Below the pieces are notes generated by a model. That model had not been told where the DNA came from and ran no database searches. It saw only the letters and a list, made by a program, of their open reading frames with translations. Below are positions 1-16,100 of a DNA stretch of 64,000 bases, piece after piece (positions within the stretch are counted from its first letter, which is position 1; each line of letters begins with the position of its first letter). Source of the DNA: Chrysomallon squamiferum (Eukaryota; Animalia; Mollusca); contig CM022670.1 of the NCBI GenBank assembly GCA_012295275.1, positions 37,820,001-37,884,000 on the forward strand, in the 5' to 3' direction. The position numbers were made by a program, and so were the translations under genes.

Positions 1-1139
1 TCGGCTCGCCGTAATAATCTCCCCTTTTAATTTCCGTTTATTTTAAGTTATTGGCTAACACGATACTGTGTTTTCATGCAACTGGATCTCTCTAATCTTT
101 TGTTGTCAGTCAAGTTCATTTTAATAGAAACACGGTAATAAAAGAAACCTTCAGAAAAATACACCGCCAAATTATGTGGGAACCTGATAATGGATAGTTC
201 TGGAGACCGTTCGTAGCTTCTAATTTAAAATCTTTTGTCCAGGACATAAAAAAAAAAAAAAAAAAAAATATGGTGATACCTGAATAAGACGGTAGTACTA
301 AGAAAAAAAAAAAAGAAAAAAAGAAAAGGAAAGAAAAAAAAAAGAGAGAAGAAGATTATAATATGGTGATATGTTAGAAAAACAAACAAAAAAACAAAAA
401 CGAAAAAAACGTGAGAAAATATTTGAATTAAAAATAAATATACATAAAAAAGATGTAAAACTTCTTTTCATAAAAAAAGATATTATTTCATGATTTTTAA
501 AAATTTATCAGAGAAATACGTATTACACTTCATTTTTTCTGTTTTTTTCTTTCTATTTATAATGATTTTGCATTTTCGGATCTTTAAGAAAAAGAAAGGA
601 AAAAAAAAAGAAAAAAAGTAAAACAAACAGTGGTTAGTAAAATACACCAAATACCTGTCTTTATTGTTTTTTATTTTCCCCATCCCGAGATTTTATTTGA
701 CCTATAAAAACACGTAGCGCACATTAATCAAATAAATATGATAGCTAAAGAATTCAAAGAACGTCAAAGCTGAAACCATCCCAAGGAACAAGTGTTTATA
801 TATGTAATGGGTAGGGGTATACTCTGTGGATTACTGTGAACAAGATATAACAGCCTGTTTTTCTAACATGACAGGACTCTTAAAAACCATGTGTTGTGTT
901 GTAATGCCCCTTCGGAAAAAAAAAAAAAAAAAAAAAAAATAATAATAATAATAATTGTTCACACATACATTTATATTTTTTAAAATATTATTTGTGTGAG
1001 TGTTTATTCATATTATACATTTGGAAATACAGACATTTGTGTATGCGTATATTTTATGTTTTATATTGATGACAAGGAGCATAAATAAGTAAACGAATAT
1101 GAGACATCCATAATTATCATATTAAATGCACATAATCAT

Positions 1140-1572
1140 AAATACAGTACATACATACCATACTATACTACATACATACATACATACATACTATACTATA
1201 CTATACTATACTATACTACATACATACATACATACATACTATACTATACTATACTATACTATACTATACTATACTATATACTATACTATACTACATACAT
1301 ACATATATACTATACATACCTCATACATACAATCCCATACTATACCACACCTACACTATACCTACACAACACCACACATATACATACTATACTATAAACA
1401 TACATACATATCACCTCACGTACCCATACATACCAAACATATATATATATATAAATATAAATATAAATATACACAAATACAAACATATATATATATATAC
1501 ATATACATACATATAATATATATATATACATACATACATACATACATTCAAAATATATAATATATACATACA
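1140..1572. repeat. Compound (CATA)n/(CTATA)n/(TA)n microsatellite
   Basis: Directly visible. Confidence 0.95.
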
Positions 1573-2398
1573 TTACCGATTACAAATTTTTAAACGTAAT
1601 ATTATCATTGTAATCATCGCTATCATCATCATAATCATCACCATTAGTATCAACGTCATAGTCATCATTATCATCATCATCATCACACGTTCACAATATT
1701 ATTGTTATTATTTTTGTTGTCGTCGTCGTTGTTGTTACCACAACATTATTATTATTATTATTATTATTATGATTCATATTACTCCTATAACAACAGTATT
1801 TGATAAAAAAAAAAAATAAAATAAAAAAAAAAAAATAATTTTAAAACACTTCTCCCCGCACAAGACGATAGTATAGGCAAGGGCGAAAATATTAACTTAC
1901 TAACCAAACTGAATCGGCGGGACATAAAACGATCGTAAGTAAAACGTATCACACGTGACTGATTTTATTATGAGCGAGCGCAGCTGAAGAACCGCCGATG
2001 TTTCAGAACTCTTTGCCTCCCACCGTCTTCGAATGTTTGCATAATACGAAGCTGAATTGCAACAAAATATAGATGGCTGTCTGTAAACTTGATGGGCTGT
2101 TATAAAAGCAATTTATTGGAGAGAACAACATGCGGAATTTGTTTGGGGTCGCTTCCCAATTCGACACGGGTCGCGAGGGAACTCGGCGGGACTACTATAT
2201 ATCGAGCTTTATAGCCTGGTGTTTATTTTTTTTTTTTATTTTCTACAACTTTTCATTACCATGCTGTCGGTTTCTTTGATAAAGTACACATAAGTGCTTC
2301 TTATGCTTTTCGAACTTTCATATTAAAGAATAACCATGACAGAGAGAAAGAGTGTGTGTTAAGCACCTTTATGACCACTGACTATTTTCGTTCTGTAC

Positions 2399-2418
2399 GT
2401 GTGTGTGTGTGTGTGTGT

Positions 2419-2492
<74 letters not shown>
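2399..2492. repeat. (GT)n(GA)n microsatellite
   Basis: Directly visible. Confidence 0.97.
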
Positions 2493-2496
<4 letters not shown>

Positions 2497-4142
2497 TCTC
2501 ATTCGATGTATCTCTTTGTTTCGAACACTGTCTCTTTGGCAAAATAATCCATCCTCTTTAATTACTATTATTATTACAACAACAGCATATTGTTCTAAAT
2601 GATGATTAAAATGTTGGACTTCACGTGGTTACAGACATAAAAGCAGATACTGTCGTAAATGCAGGTCGGATATTTGGCTGAGAAACTGTTTTTAACTTTT
2701 TAAATATGTAACTGAGAAAAGAAATTCTTCCAACTGTATTATCAAAAGAGTTAGTAAAAGAAAATTATGAAACAGATAACGTTTTTTCTTTTAATAATAA
2801 ATGTGTAATTTTCACGTTTTATTGTTTATGACGTCTATTGATTCTCCGTGCTAAAATAAAACAAACTGAATAAAATTAAACATGTGTTGGTACTTATGAA
2901 ATCGTTTCGTATACCCTTGTAAAACCGATAAAAAAAAAAAATCAGTTTATAATTTCAATGTTTAATAAAAATAGATTTAAAATTTTATATTTTTAAACTT
3001 TTTTCTGTTTTTAAAAAAAAAAAAAAAAAAAAAAAAATTCAAAAAAAGAAGTAGGAGAGAAAAAAAAAAAATCAACCAGTGAATAAAAAAAGAATTTTAT
3101 CACCTTAACATATCCATTTCACTGACAAATTCTAAATTTTGTAATCCGGGCAGTATATCAATTTATATTTTAATCACAAGGTATCAGTTTTATCCTCAAT
3201 CCTTTTGATCGCACCGCCCTCCGACGGAGCATAAGTTTTAAATTAACGACTCTGGTCCTTTTTGATGTTATTTTCATATCCATTTCGCAATTCAGTTCAG
3301 GCTAAGCGAAGTACCTGTAACACTGCGAAAGTTCTTTGTACTGAATGTGGTAGGTAAAGCACGGCAATGCAGGTTAAACAAACATCCACGTGTTGCCGTC
3401 CATGAATTGCACCATAATTGGCCACATTCGATACGATAATTTGCTCCGACAAAACCAGAGAATAGATTGAATTCGACTGTGAGAGATCGTCTTCAAAACT
3501 CTTGTTGAAGGATGTTATAATTAAAGCCACTTGATCGGCTTGGAGAGTGATGGAGATAGTGAATAAAAGATACACAACAACAGATATGTGTATAAAATTA
3601 CGTTTTTCACAAACGAGACACGTAATTCTAGCGCGGTGTTAAAGGGCCGGTGTAACGCATTTTGTGTGGAACACGAACGACAGATCGATGTTAATTCCTA
3701 GAACCATTTCTGGGTTTTTTTTTGTATTATTAAATTTCGTCTTTATACCGGGCTTTGATTTATAGACGTACTTAATTTAATTGCCTGTAAACCAGCCTTT
3801 AACGTACGACTTGTGGTCAAACTGTCAGAGTTTAGAGCGAAAAGCTCCAGAATTTATCACCGTAATGACTAATACGAAAAACTAATAAGCAAAAGGGCCA
3901 TTTTATCTACTGTTGATAATACTTAATTCTGTGTTTTATTTATATTTTGAGAAAATTCAGCAGAACAAACTGCCCAGTGACATTACAGAAAGTAAGATAG
4001 AAAAAAAAAACCTTTCATGAAAACCTACTACTTAATGCCAAAATACAATGCAATTGTATTATCCAACAAAATATTAATTATATATTTGTTCGCCTTCAGT
4101 GAAAGAAAGACAGAAAGAAAGAAAGAAGGAAGGAAGGAAGGA

Positions 4143-4174
<32 letters not shown>

Positions 4175-5192
4175 AAATAAATAAATAAATAAAATAAATA
4201 AATAAATAAAATAAACAAAAAAAGCAAACCCCAAAGCCAAAAGCAACGACAGAGAAATAGAAAATACAGCACCATTTTATAACATTAGTTAATTCTGGTA
4301 GCAAATACAGTAAGCTGTAATTATTCGTTTTCGACCATACGTGAAGACAAATAAGAACTGTAGTTGGCGACTGTTGCTCATTTTCGTGCACTCGAATACA
4401 AAGTCCAATCTGATTGGCTGAAAGTGTTGTCGTGTGATTCGGAGTCTGGCCACAGAGACTGATTACTTTTAAACCAGTTAAGACTGCACGGATTATTTCG
4501 ATACCATCTCCGAGTTTAACATGTCGTGTTGGGTTAATCGCGTTTCATCGTTGTTTTTTGTTGTCGTTGGACAGAACGGGTCGTACGCAATCGCTCTCTT
4601 TATCTTTTTTAAGTCACTGTTTTCAAGATTAACCCAACGGTACACGATAATATCAGCGGTTGGGAAAGAAAAAAATAAAAAAATAAAAAAATTAAAAAAA
4701 AGAGTTAAAAATCGAGCGATAGACAGTGATTGGGTTGGGTTACACAAGGAACTGAAGACTACGATCGCATGTCGCGTTGGCGTTGACATTAGCTTGCAAG
4801 GTTCGTTTAACAGAGGCAATACAGCTCACGAGATGCTTCGTTCACAAAGCAGTGTGTAAAACAAACTCAGTATTCTTGTCACCTTGTTTTTGACAATTTG
4901 TTTATTTTCCCAGGTAATGTGTAACAGGTCGCAAACAGTAGCTTGGTTTTTGACCATTACACCGGATAGATTTTTTTTTTTTTTAAATGTTCGTCTAAAA
5001 GATACACATTCTCCCTCTTCTCATATCCACCAGACAAAGCGGTTGTCATTTTGTCATATTTACAGATATTTCTGTTGAGATAAAATTTAAATAATAAATA
5101 AATTAAATAAAGAATAATAATAGCAGTAGAAGTGCCAGCAGCAGTATTAATAGTAGTTAGAAGAAGTAATAGTAGTAACAGCAATAAAAAAA

Positions 5193-5223
<31 letters not shown>

Positions 5224-5808
5224 AGCAGTAGTAATAATAAAAGTCTTAGAGCTGGCTGAAGTAGCAATCTTAGCGATCTGAACAATCCTTGTGCTGATAC
5301 TAATATGCTAAGAATGAACAAATAATGAGAAACCAATTCGCTGAAAGCACTTTCCATCACTAATTTAGGTGTCAAAAATGGTTTACAGAATGTTAAATAT
5401 TCATTGGTAAAAAAAAGAAAAATATATTTGACACATGCGTTTTTGGTATTTGTGTTATATAACTAAACGAGTCACAACAGGAACCTCATTGGAAAGATGT
5501 TCGGGTTGTTTCTGATGATACAGTAGAAAGAAAACACGAAATAAGTGAACCAAGGAAAGGAATGTTAAACCAAGTAGTGATGTCTGGGTTTAAAATAGAT
5601 AACTAGAAAGATATATAGACAGACAGACAGATTGACAGACAGACACACAGACAGACAGAAGCAGATCTTCACACAGATAGAAAGAGAACTAAATTATTTC
5701 CAGTTCTGAAGTTAAAATGATTATTTTTGAATGCATCAATATACTTTTTTTTTAACAGTTAAATTAAAATATTACAAAATAACACTAGTTTATAACTAAA
5801 TACATCAA

Positions 5809-5843
<35 letters not shown>

Positions 5844-7377
5844 ACCAACCAAAACAAAATAGCAGGCTTCTTTTTAGTGAAGTCTTTATAAAATGATATT
5901 TAAAAAAAAAAAATAAATAAATAAAAATGTTAGAGAAAAAGAAAGAAATAACAACAAAAACAAAAGCAACTTAAGATCAAGTTAGTTACACAGCAATTAA
6001 AATTCCCGAGCTATGGTTAAGCATGTGTTATTTTCAAAACAGAGCTTGTGGCAGAACGACACGGGTTTGGAGATTCGAACCCAGTGACACCGACTTCTGT
6101 GTAACGAGATACGTCGAAGAAACAATCCCACTTGCTGCTGTTTCAGTAAAATTCAAACCGAATGCTCTGCTCTGCTGCTCAAAACGAGGCAACAATGTAC
6201 CGTGACGTTGTCTTCCCTAAAAATAACCAATTTTCAGAATGGCGGAACTGTTTGCATAATGAGGTTCTTATTTGTGTTTGTAATTCACAAACACGTAATA
6301 CAAAAAGACAGGTGGTGGCTCATTTTACAAACGTATTTTGAATATATTATGTATAGAATTCAGACAATTTTATTTTCCTTCTTGTTGCTTTTTCTTCTAT
6401 TTCCACCCCCCCCATCTCGAAACCTGAAGCTAACGGAACAAATGAAATGAGAGGTAATGAAGAAATAAAGAACAAATAAAGTATCAAGAATAACGATAAC
6501 GAAAACAAAAACAACAAATATGATGCAATAAATAAATAAATCAAATAAGATGGAAGCAAATGCAATAACCTTTAACAACAGCAGCAACGTATTATTATTA
6601 ATTTTATTACTAATTTTATATCAATAAAATAAAACAAATATTTACAACAAAAAAAAATAATGGATCGAAAATTTGAAATAAAAGCAAATAACCGATGTAC
6701 AAGCAAAAAAAAAAAAAAAAAAATAAAAAAAAATAAAAAAAATGGGGGATTACACAATGACAACATCAGAAGTAGTTTTATTTAAACAGGAGGACGGACT
6801 ATCTCTTGTTGTACGAGACTCTATACTGTATGAAGAGAACAGAACATAATATATAATGGAAACAATAATACAAACCTGGATACTCAGAGTTTCCATTTAC
6901 CTCGGTAAGCGGTCTCTTTACCTTTTTACACAACATTTAACAATCGACGCCGATTTGTCACAAAACGTCGAGGTCCTTAAAGTTGTCTCCCCTGACAATA
7001 AAAACGTCAACGACGTCATCTAAGCGCTTCACGTGGTCAAACGTCCATTGTTAACAGTTGAAAATTTAAGCTTGGTAACGTGGAGATTGGACGCGAACAC
7101 GTTTGCTGTTGTCGTTGGAAGGCTCTCAAGTCGAAGAATCTGCAGGTGGTTTAAAATCTGCCATTATTTTCGGTCGGTGTACAGTTTTCAGTGTTCTTCA
7201 CTGTGGTTGATGAATGACGTATGTCAGCTGTGTCTTCTGAATTGTAGGTACATGCTGTGTGACACACCGTCAGAATGTTGGGTACAGTGATAAAAAAAAA
7301 TTACAACGAAATAAAATTTATAACAAGAATTATAGTGGAATGTAAGAGAATTAAAAAAATCTAAAAAATAAAAATAA

Positions 7378-7437
<60 letters not shown>

Positions 7438-7554
7438 AATAAATAATAAAGATCAAACAGAAGAAGAACAAGAACAAAGAAAGAAAGAAAAAAAAATATA
7501 TATATTTAGCGAGATACAATTCTTATAAGCTGTATTAATTATGTCATTTATATG

Positions 7555-7772
7555 CCTGGTGTCTGTGTTTTCCATTCCCTTGTTAGATGCAGGTAAAAGA
7601 TTTCTTCCCATTTAACACAAAAGAGAAGTTATCCGCTTTGCAATAGCGGGTTTCCTCTCTCTTTCCACGTATGATATAGGTGCTTAAACAAAATGTATAT
7701 TGTCTTATAACCGCAGATCCCAAAAATATATATATCTGTTTTTATTTGTTTTAAATAAAACATTTCCTCTTT
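7555..7772 (+). mobile_element. Highly degenerate Nin-domain-type SINE remnant
   Basis: Ordered motifs TGCAGGTAAAAGAT..AAAGAGAAG..AGCGGGTTTCCTCTCT..TATAACCG..TTAAATAAAACATTTCCT resemble, from memory, the core and tail of gastropod Nin-type SINEs. Confidence 0.5.
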
Positions 7773-8479
7773 TCTTTATACACAGCATGCAAAACAAAAC
7801 GGTGACCTCTGGGATACCCGGACATTATTAACACTTGGGCAGCCTTGTATTTTCATCTCAGATTTAAAATCTTTCACTCTCTGTGTGTGGCCAAAATTTA
7901 TTATTCTTTTACGACTTTTCGCTATCTTTTGAAGAAAGGCCAGAATGCTTATTGGCGTGAAAATCATGAGTCCCGACACACTCGGAACCGCTGTTAAAAT
8001 TTTTCAATTTTAATTTTAAATTTTTCTTTACAACGGCGACGAAGAAAGATGTGATGAATTTCAGAACAATGAACAAATTATTAGTAAGGATTGGCGAAAG
8101 ACTTCTGCAAAGAAATAATTATTACGGAAATTTTATAGCGCCCCAACCCCAAATAAAAATAAAAAAGTTACAAAGTATATAAAATACTAAATAAAATAAA
8201 AATGGAAACAAAATAAACAAATAAAAAATGAAATAAGACGTCTCTCTTATAAATAAAACAGTTAATAGTTAATTTTATACATGAGCTTTATTTTGAAAAT
8301 TTAAATTGTATTTCTATAATGATACTTACAAATGCTCATAATATTTGTATTCTGTTCATTAACATGTTAATAAAAAAGTCGTTAGACTCAGGAGGAATGA
8401 TATAAATAACAATAACAATAACATTATTCTTTATTTATTTATTTATTTTGGTAGTAGTAGTAGTAATAATAATAATAAC

Positions 8480-8520
<41 letters not shown>

Positions 8521-8745
8521 TTGTTTTAAAATAAAATTTTAAAATTTGTCTATAAAGTTTTAACAAAGACAAATAACCATAAGTATGTACAGACGAAAAA
8601 AAGAAGTATTCATTATCTGATTTTAGTGAGTTAAAGAATGGAAGTAAAAGCTGATGATAAAAAAACAAACAAACAACAACAACAGAAAAAAAGATAAAAA
8701 ACCCACCAAACAACAATAATAAAACAAAACAAAACAAAACATTGT

Positions 8746-8785
<40 letters not shown>

Positions 8786-10132
8786 GACTTTATTCATCGC
8801 TCAGTTAAACAAGCTATTAAATTACTCTTTTTTTCTTCTTTTCTTAAATCAGATAATTTTTTTTTTTTTTTTTTATTATTATTATTTTTTTTTTTTTTCA
8901 CACAGAAAAATACTTGTCCATACCATGTTTCAGATTTTTGACAGCGAGGTTAAAAACGTTCGTTATCAAAGACACGGCAACGAACGTGAGACGTTTCTTT
9001 TGTAAATCACAACTCGAACATTACCGAATCGTCGTCACCAAACAGCGGTGACAGGACACCACTCGCCCCTGGGCAACGCCCACATCACCCAGGCGTGCAG
9101 AGAGAAGCGAGCTGCCCGTGACAGATAAAATTTAGAAACTAACTGAAATCACCGAGATCCCCCAAAAAAAAAAAAAAAAAAAGAAGAAGAAAAAAAAAAA
9201 AAGCGTATTCGTCAAACACTTTGCTGACATGAAATCACGCGGAATATAATTTACTTGCTTATGCACACGGCTTTGTTGGAGCGCCTACCACTCGTGACGT
9301 GATTTCTTTGCCGGAGGTGGACAAATTTAACAAAAACCTCTTTTAAGCCAAGTTTGTAATGTTTTTCTTTCCCCTCCCTTCTCCCGGTATACACACGGGC
9401 AATTATCGTTAAAAATACTGCAGACTGCGGAGGTTCATCTTCGTTATGTTTGTGTTCCACCCTAGAGGCGGGTGCTGTTCGCGCCAACAGTAAAACCAGC
9501 AGACGATCGGAGCAGACGACTTCAAACCTCCGGGCAAAACACAGAACACTTGAGCATTAATTCGCAAACAAACAGCATCTTGGCAAGTGGGTATAATCGA
9601 CAAACACAAGGCAATATTTATTAGACGATTACTGACCAGAGTGTTCGGAAATAATGTTCTTCTTCTTTAACGCAAAGCCACCTGTTTCATTATTAACTTT
9701 TAAAAACATTTATTGTTATTAAAAAGAAAAAAGAAAAGAAAAGAAAAAAAAAAAAAAAAAATCAAATTTACGTTCCGCACGTCTTTTTATTATACGAAGA
9801 GCATTTTATAAACAATAAGATTTGTAAATTTTTAAATCATTATTTTTCTATTTATTCAGACGTGTTTTTTTTTTTGTTGTTGTCTCAAGCGACTGTTTTT
9901 ACTGTGGCGGGTCGTTTGATTTCCCAGTTTTATTTCTTGCGTGCGACAGTAACAAGAGAAAAGCAAAGCGTGTAACATCGAGTACAAGTGAAATAGACGT
10001 GGGGTTGCTTCCGACTCGATTATTAAGTCTTGTCTCAATCACTTAGTATACGAGACATTCTTTCCAGACAGAAACTCACTGACTGCTGCTGTTCGGAGAA
10101 AAATTCAGTACAGACTACGTTTTCCTTTTTCT

Positions 10133-10179
<47 letters not shown>

Positions 10180-10713
10180 TTCTTGTTCTGATTGTGTTGT
10201 CAGGAAGATAATTATCCATCGGAGCTGCTTGTACCAGTAACAGTTTATTTCTGATTTATTAATTCGTTTCATTTGGAGGATTTACAAGTGTGCTTTGTTT
10301 TATAGTAAATATTTTTATTTTGGAAATTTTGTAATGAGAAAGTTTACAAAAGGAGTTGAGAAAACAGATTTTTTTTTTTTGTTAATTCAAAAATAATAGT
10401 AATTATGAATTAAAAAAAAAAAAAAATCAGTGTTACAAGATTGCTGGAATTATTGAAGAAGAAAAAAAAAAAAAAAAAAAAAAAAAAAGAAGAAAGAAGA
10501 ATAAAAAAAAATAATTTTGTGATTAAAAATGTTGAAATAATACTTTCCAATCAACCGGTTTGCGCAGATGTGGAAATTATGTGTTTAACTCGTGTGCTGA
10601 GATGAACCTCTCTTCTTACTCAGTGTTTTGCTGGCCGGTGTTGGGGACTTGATTACTTCATCCCAACCCCGTGCGCCCCACCCTTGGGCCAGTCCCTCCG
10701 GGTAACATGTACC

Positions 10714-10801
10714 ATGCAGTGGTGGTGTCTAGTCACATACCAGCTTATTTGCATAGAACTCCTAGTCAGGACGGTTCGAGCAGGCGGCAGAATCAGACGA
10801 A
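10714..10801 (+). CDS. RSPO: R-spondin coding exon 1 (signal peptide plus furin-type site): MQWWCLVTYQLICIELLVRTVRAGGRIRR
   Basis: ACCATG start, hydrophobic N-terminus ending in RIRR (R-x-R-R, like the basic site after vertebrate RSPO signal peptides), and a canonical A|GTAAGT phase-1 donor at 10802 that joins in frame to the exon at 36628. Confidence 0.8.
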
Positions 10802-10808
10802 GTAAGTA

Positions 10809-10840
<32 letters not shown>

Positions 10841-10871
10841 CACTATTACTACTACTACTACCTACTACTAT

Positions 10872-10907
<36 letters not shown>

Positions 10908-11480
10908 TACTACTACTACTACTACTGCTTCTGCAGCTGCATTCACTACTAGAACTCTTAAAGTTACTAATGTTATTACTACTACTACTACTACTACTAC
11001 TACTATTATCACTGCTGCCGCTGCTACTATTGCAATTACTCCTATTATTATTATCACTGCTACTATTTTCATTATTGCTACTATTTTTCTACTATTACTA
11101 TCACTACAAACAACTATTACTACTGTTACCACTCTCTATTACTACTGCTGCTGCTACTACTACTACTATTGCCTCTACTACTTCTACAACTAATAATGAT
11201 GATGATGATGATATTATTACAGCTATTACTAACTGCCACAATGATTACTGTAGCTGTTACTACAAAATCAACAACGATTATCAGTACAACAGCTACAGCT
11301 ACTACTTTTGCAACAATAATTCAGCTACTTCATTGTCACAATTGTTACTGCTACTATTATTAGAACTACTGCTATTACTACAATACAATACAATACTATA
11401 CTATACTGTACTATATTGTTCTTAACTACTCCACGCTAGATTATGCTATATTATACCGTTATTATTATTACTAGATATTG

Positions 11481-11575
<95 letters not shown>
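10809..11575. repeat. Degenerate (CTA/TTA/CTG)n trinucleotide field starting directly after the RSPO exon 1 donor
   Basis: Directly visible. Confidence 0.95.
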
Positions 11576-11984
11576 TAAATCTGACATATACAAACGTTTG
11601 AACTTCAGTATTAATTATGTTTCCCATTGTATTAATATTACTTTATCTATTTATATGCAATTACATGCATTTTATTTTTCTTACCTTTTACTTTTACGAA
11701 ATATTAGGAAGGAAAACTATTTTTATAACTGTTATGATAATTATGTGTATTGTTAGACTATGTTGTTTAAAATATGTCAATGCAGAAACCAAGTGTACTG
11801 AATCTGTGAATTAAAAATAACATCTGGTTAATTAAAACAAAATAATAATAAGGTGGGCTGTAATTTTCATACAATTACCATTATTATTAAACGGCGCACA
11901 TGATATTGAATATATATGCATTAACGAGTACAGATGTTATTGTACATGCAGGTATATTGCATTATTTTTTTTAAAAAGGAGATT

Positions 11985-12038
<54 letters not shown>

Positions 12039-12327
12039 GTTATTATTATTATTATTATAATCATTATCATTGGTTGTTGTTGTTAATATTCTGTACGTTT
12101 TATTGTGAAATTGTTTATGTATATTTTACGTACCCTTTTTTTTTGAAACACCCAGACAGATACGGAAATTCCCGTTAGAATTATTAATCAAAACGTTGAT
12201 TGCATATTTCAGAAATCTGTATTCTTTCTAACAGACATACGCAAACACAGATACAGAGACTTACAGACGCACGAACACACACGCACACACACACACACAC
12301 ACACACACTTTATATATATATAATGTA

Positions 12328-12363
<36 letters not shown>

Positions 12364-12432
12364 TGTATAAATATATATATGTACGTATGCGTATGTATGT
12401 ATGTATAAATCATATATGTACGTATGCATATG

Positions 12433-12466
<34 letters not shown>

Positions 12467-13832
12467 TGTATGTATGTATGTTTAAATGTTTTTTATATAT
12501 ATATATATATTAAAAACAATTTAAACATACATGTTTACATACATAATTGTTTTATATACATACATATATACATTGTTTTTAATAGATATATATATTTATG
12601 ACATTATTATCGAAAAATGTTGACTGCATCTGAACTTAACCGTATTATGTCCCACACGAAAGGAACATGTGCAGTTATCGATATTCACAGACGCCTACCT
12701 AAAGAAACACTGGTGTGAATTAGCTGCATAATGGAAAGTTTATGGATAATCGAGTGTCGGGGTCTGGTGTGTGGGAGGCCATTTTGTTCTTATTATTTCA
12801 TTATTTTATTACGTGGTACGTTTTGTCTGCGAGTTTCGAGGCTCTGTTCGGAGCAAACGATCACACGCAGATTTTGTAAAGTTGCGAGCTGCCAGCGGGG
12901 AAAAACTATCAAATTGTATTTACTGTTATGTTAGGCCTGCTATTATAATCTGTGTGGTTTTGAAGCAGGTTGCAGTATTTATATAGTTTACTAAACGAAG
13001 ATGATTTTATAACGTAATGAAGAGTTTAAAAAAATGCATGAGTTTTATGATGATATTGATGATGATGATAATAATATAATTTATATATAATGTTGAAAAA
13101 AGACGTTGAGAATTACGATGATGATAATGATGTTAATGATAATAATAATAATAATATAATTTATGTATAATGCTAAAAAAGATGTTGATTACGATGATAA
13201 TAATAATAATAATAATAATAATAATATATTTTCATAACGTGATTAGGTAGTACAACACAAAAGGTGATGTTGTTGTAAAAAGTTAAAAATAAAGAAAAGT
13301 AATACACATAATTAATTACTATATATATTTTTTTCTAAAATTTTATAACAGGATGTTTGCTTGTGAACATTAAAAAAAACAAAGAAAAAGTACGAAAAAA
13401 ATATATATATATTCTACATTAACCTTTACACATAAATAACTTGTACAATATAACACAACATGTATCTGAAAATATTCCTATATTAGAATAGATAGATAAA
13501 TAAATAAATAAATAAATAAGCAACAAAAACTATTCATGATGTGTATAAGAACATTTTCTATTCACATGAAATAGCGTGGTGCAAGTCTATGCTCAGAAAT
13601 TCGCCTACGGAACTAGCGTTCTCAACGCAAAACGGTGTTAAGTGATATTGCTTCAGGTAGATTCAAAACTGTATTAAAAGTTGGTAACATGACGATATGT
13701 CGTAAAAACTTTTCCTATCTGTATGAAATGAACTCACACTTGGTTATGAGACGTAACTGAAGTTAACTGTTAGAACGTCTGTTTTAAATATAACTACATT
13801 TTCAAATTTATATTACGCACGTAATAATAATA

Positions 13833-13866
<34 letters not shown>

Positions 13867-13986
13867 CGACGATGATGATGACAATAAAGTACTGTTACCG
13901 TGGTTGTCATTGCTGTCGTCGCTCTTGTTCATTTTCATTATAACCACTTTGTATTTTATATTGTTCGTCCTATTCCTTATTATTAT

Positions 13987-14030
<44 letters not shown>

Positions 14031-15424
14031 TTATCGTGGTTATTATTATTTTATGCTGTTGTTGTCAATATTTTCATTTTATTAATATACCTAAGGGGTT
14101 ATTATTATTATTAAATTTGGATAGAGAAATTTGGATATTTATTCATAATTCTGTTAGTGATACAGAATAACAAGGGGGTTTTGTAACGAAACGAAAAAGA
14201 GTCTTTTTTAAATTTGTTGTGTCAAATCACTTTTCATGTAACAAATTACACTAAACCCGAGAGGGGCGCACCTAACATGCAACCTCCACCTAATTTTGTT
14301 TTGTTTCTTTTATTTATGGACAACCAATAATTTTTTTTTCTTTACAACAACAATATCCTTTTCATCTTGAAAGTTAACAACACCCCCCCTCCTGTATTGT
14401 ACTCCTGAACCTTTACCTACATTAGACTGCAGTTTTAACTTATTTACAACTTTAGCTTAAAGACTTTTGTTTTTATTATTTGCTGTACACTAACATATTC
14501 ACATTGCCTTGAGAAACTGTTTTATTTCTTGTGAGTACCATGCGGTCGTTAGCTATGGATCTGTTTACACATCGGGTTTTTTCTCTCAGAAATAAACGAG
14601 ATACTGTATATAATTTTAGTGAAGTGTGTACCTCTAACTCACTCCGTAAGTTAAGCTGCAACTGGCCTCACCGTGTCCGTACGTCTGTTTACGTTAATTC
14701 GAGCATCACTTCGTTTTTTTTCACGAAAAAGAACAACACGAGCAAAAATCTATTCCGACAATTCAACTAAACGTTTCGTTAAAGGCGTTTTCTGTATGAA
14801 TTAATGTATAGAAATTATAAGATCAGTTCAAGATCCACAACGATCTGTTTTAATTATATTCTTGTCAGATGGAGACATTTCAGTTAATACAAGGTGGATT
14901 ATGAAAACGATTCATAAACAGCGTTATATTCGTAACAAAACAAATTCAAAATTATATTGAAATTTTTGTGCTTTTCAAGTTTTTTTTTTTTAATTATAGA
15001 GAATTAATATTGTGTATTCTATTTTATAAGTGTTATTTTTTAAATATATAAGTCAGTGAGGTCTAACAATCTTTGATAAATCGAGGTATGATCGCTAAAA
15101 TATGTTTTTCTTTTACCGTTCTTCATTATACTGGCGGTGTTTCAATTCATGTGAAAGAGCAACGTTACATTGATAACGTACATTAGTTACGTATACACAT
15201 TACACATTCACAGCTTGGGTAACGACAAGTTACATTTATATATATGTATTCGCACATTCCACTTACTGACATGTAAAACTGCAGTCATTACATTATATAA
15301 GTGTTAATTCAAAAATAAATAAATCAAATGTACACACACACACACACACACACATTCTTTCTCTCTGCCACCTCTCTCTCTCTTTATCCGTTTCTAAGGT
15401 GACTACTTTTTTCTCGTCCATACC

Positions 15425-16100
<676 letters not shown>

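Noticed and set aside
3297-3575. 92-aa complex-looking minus-strand ORF
   Set aside because: No recognisable motif, non-ATG start and no supporting exon partners.
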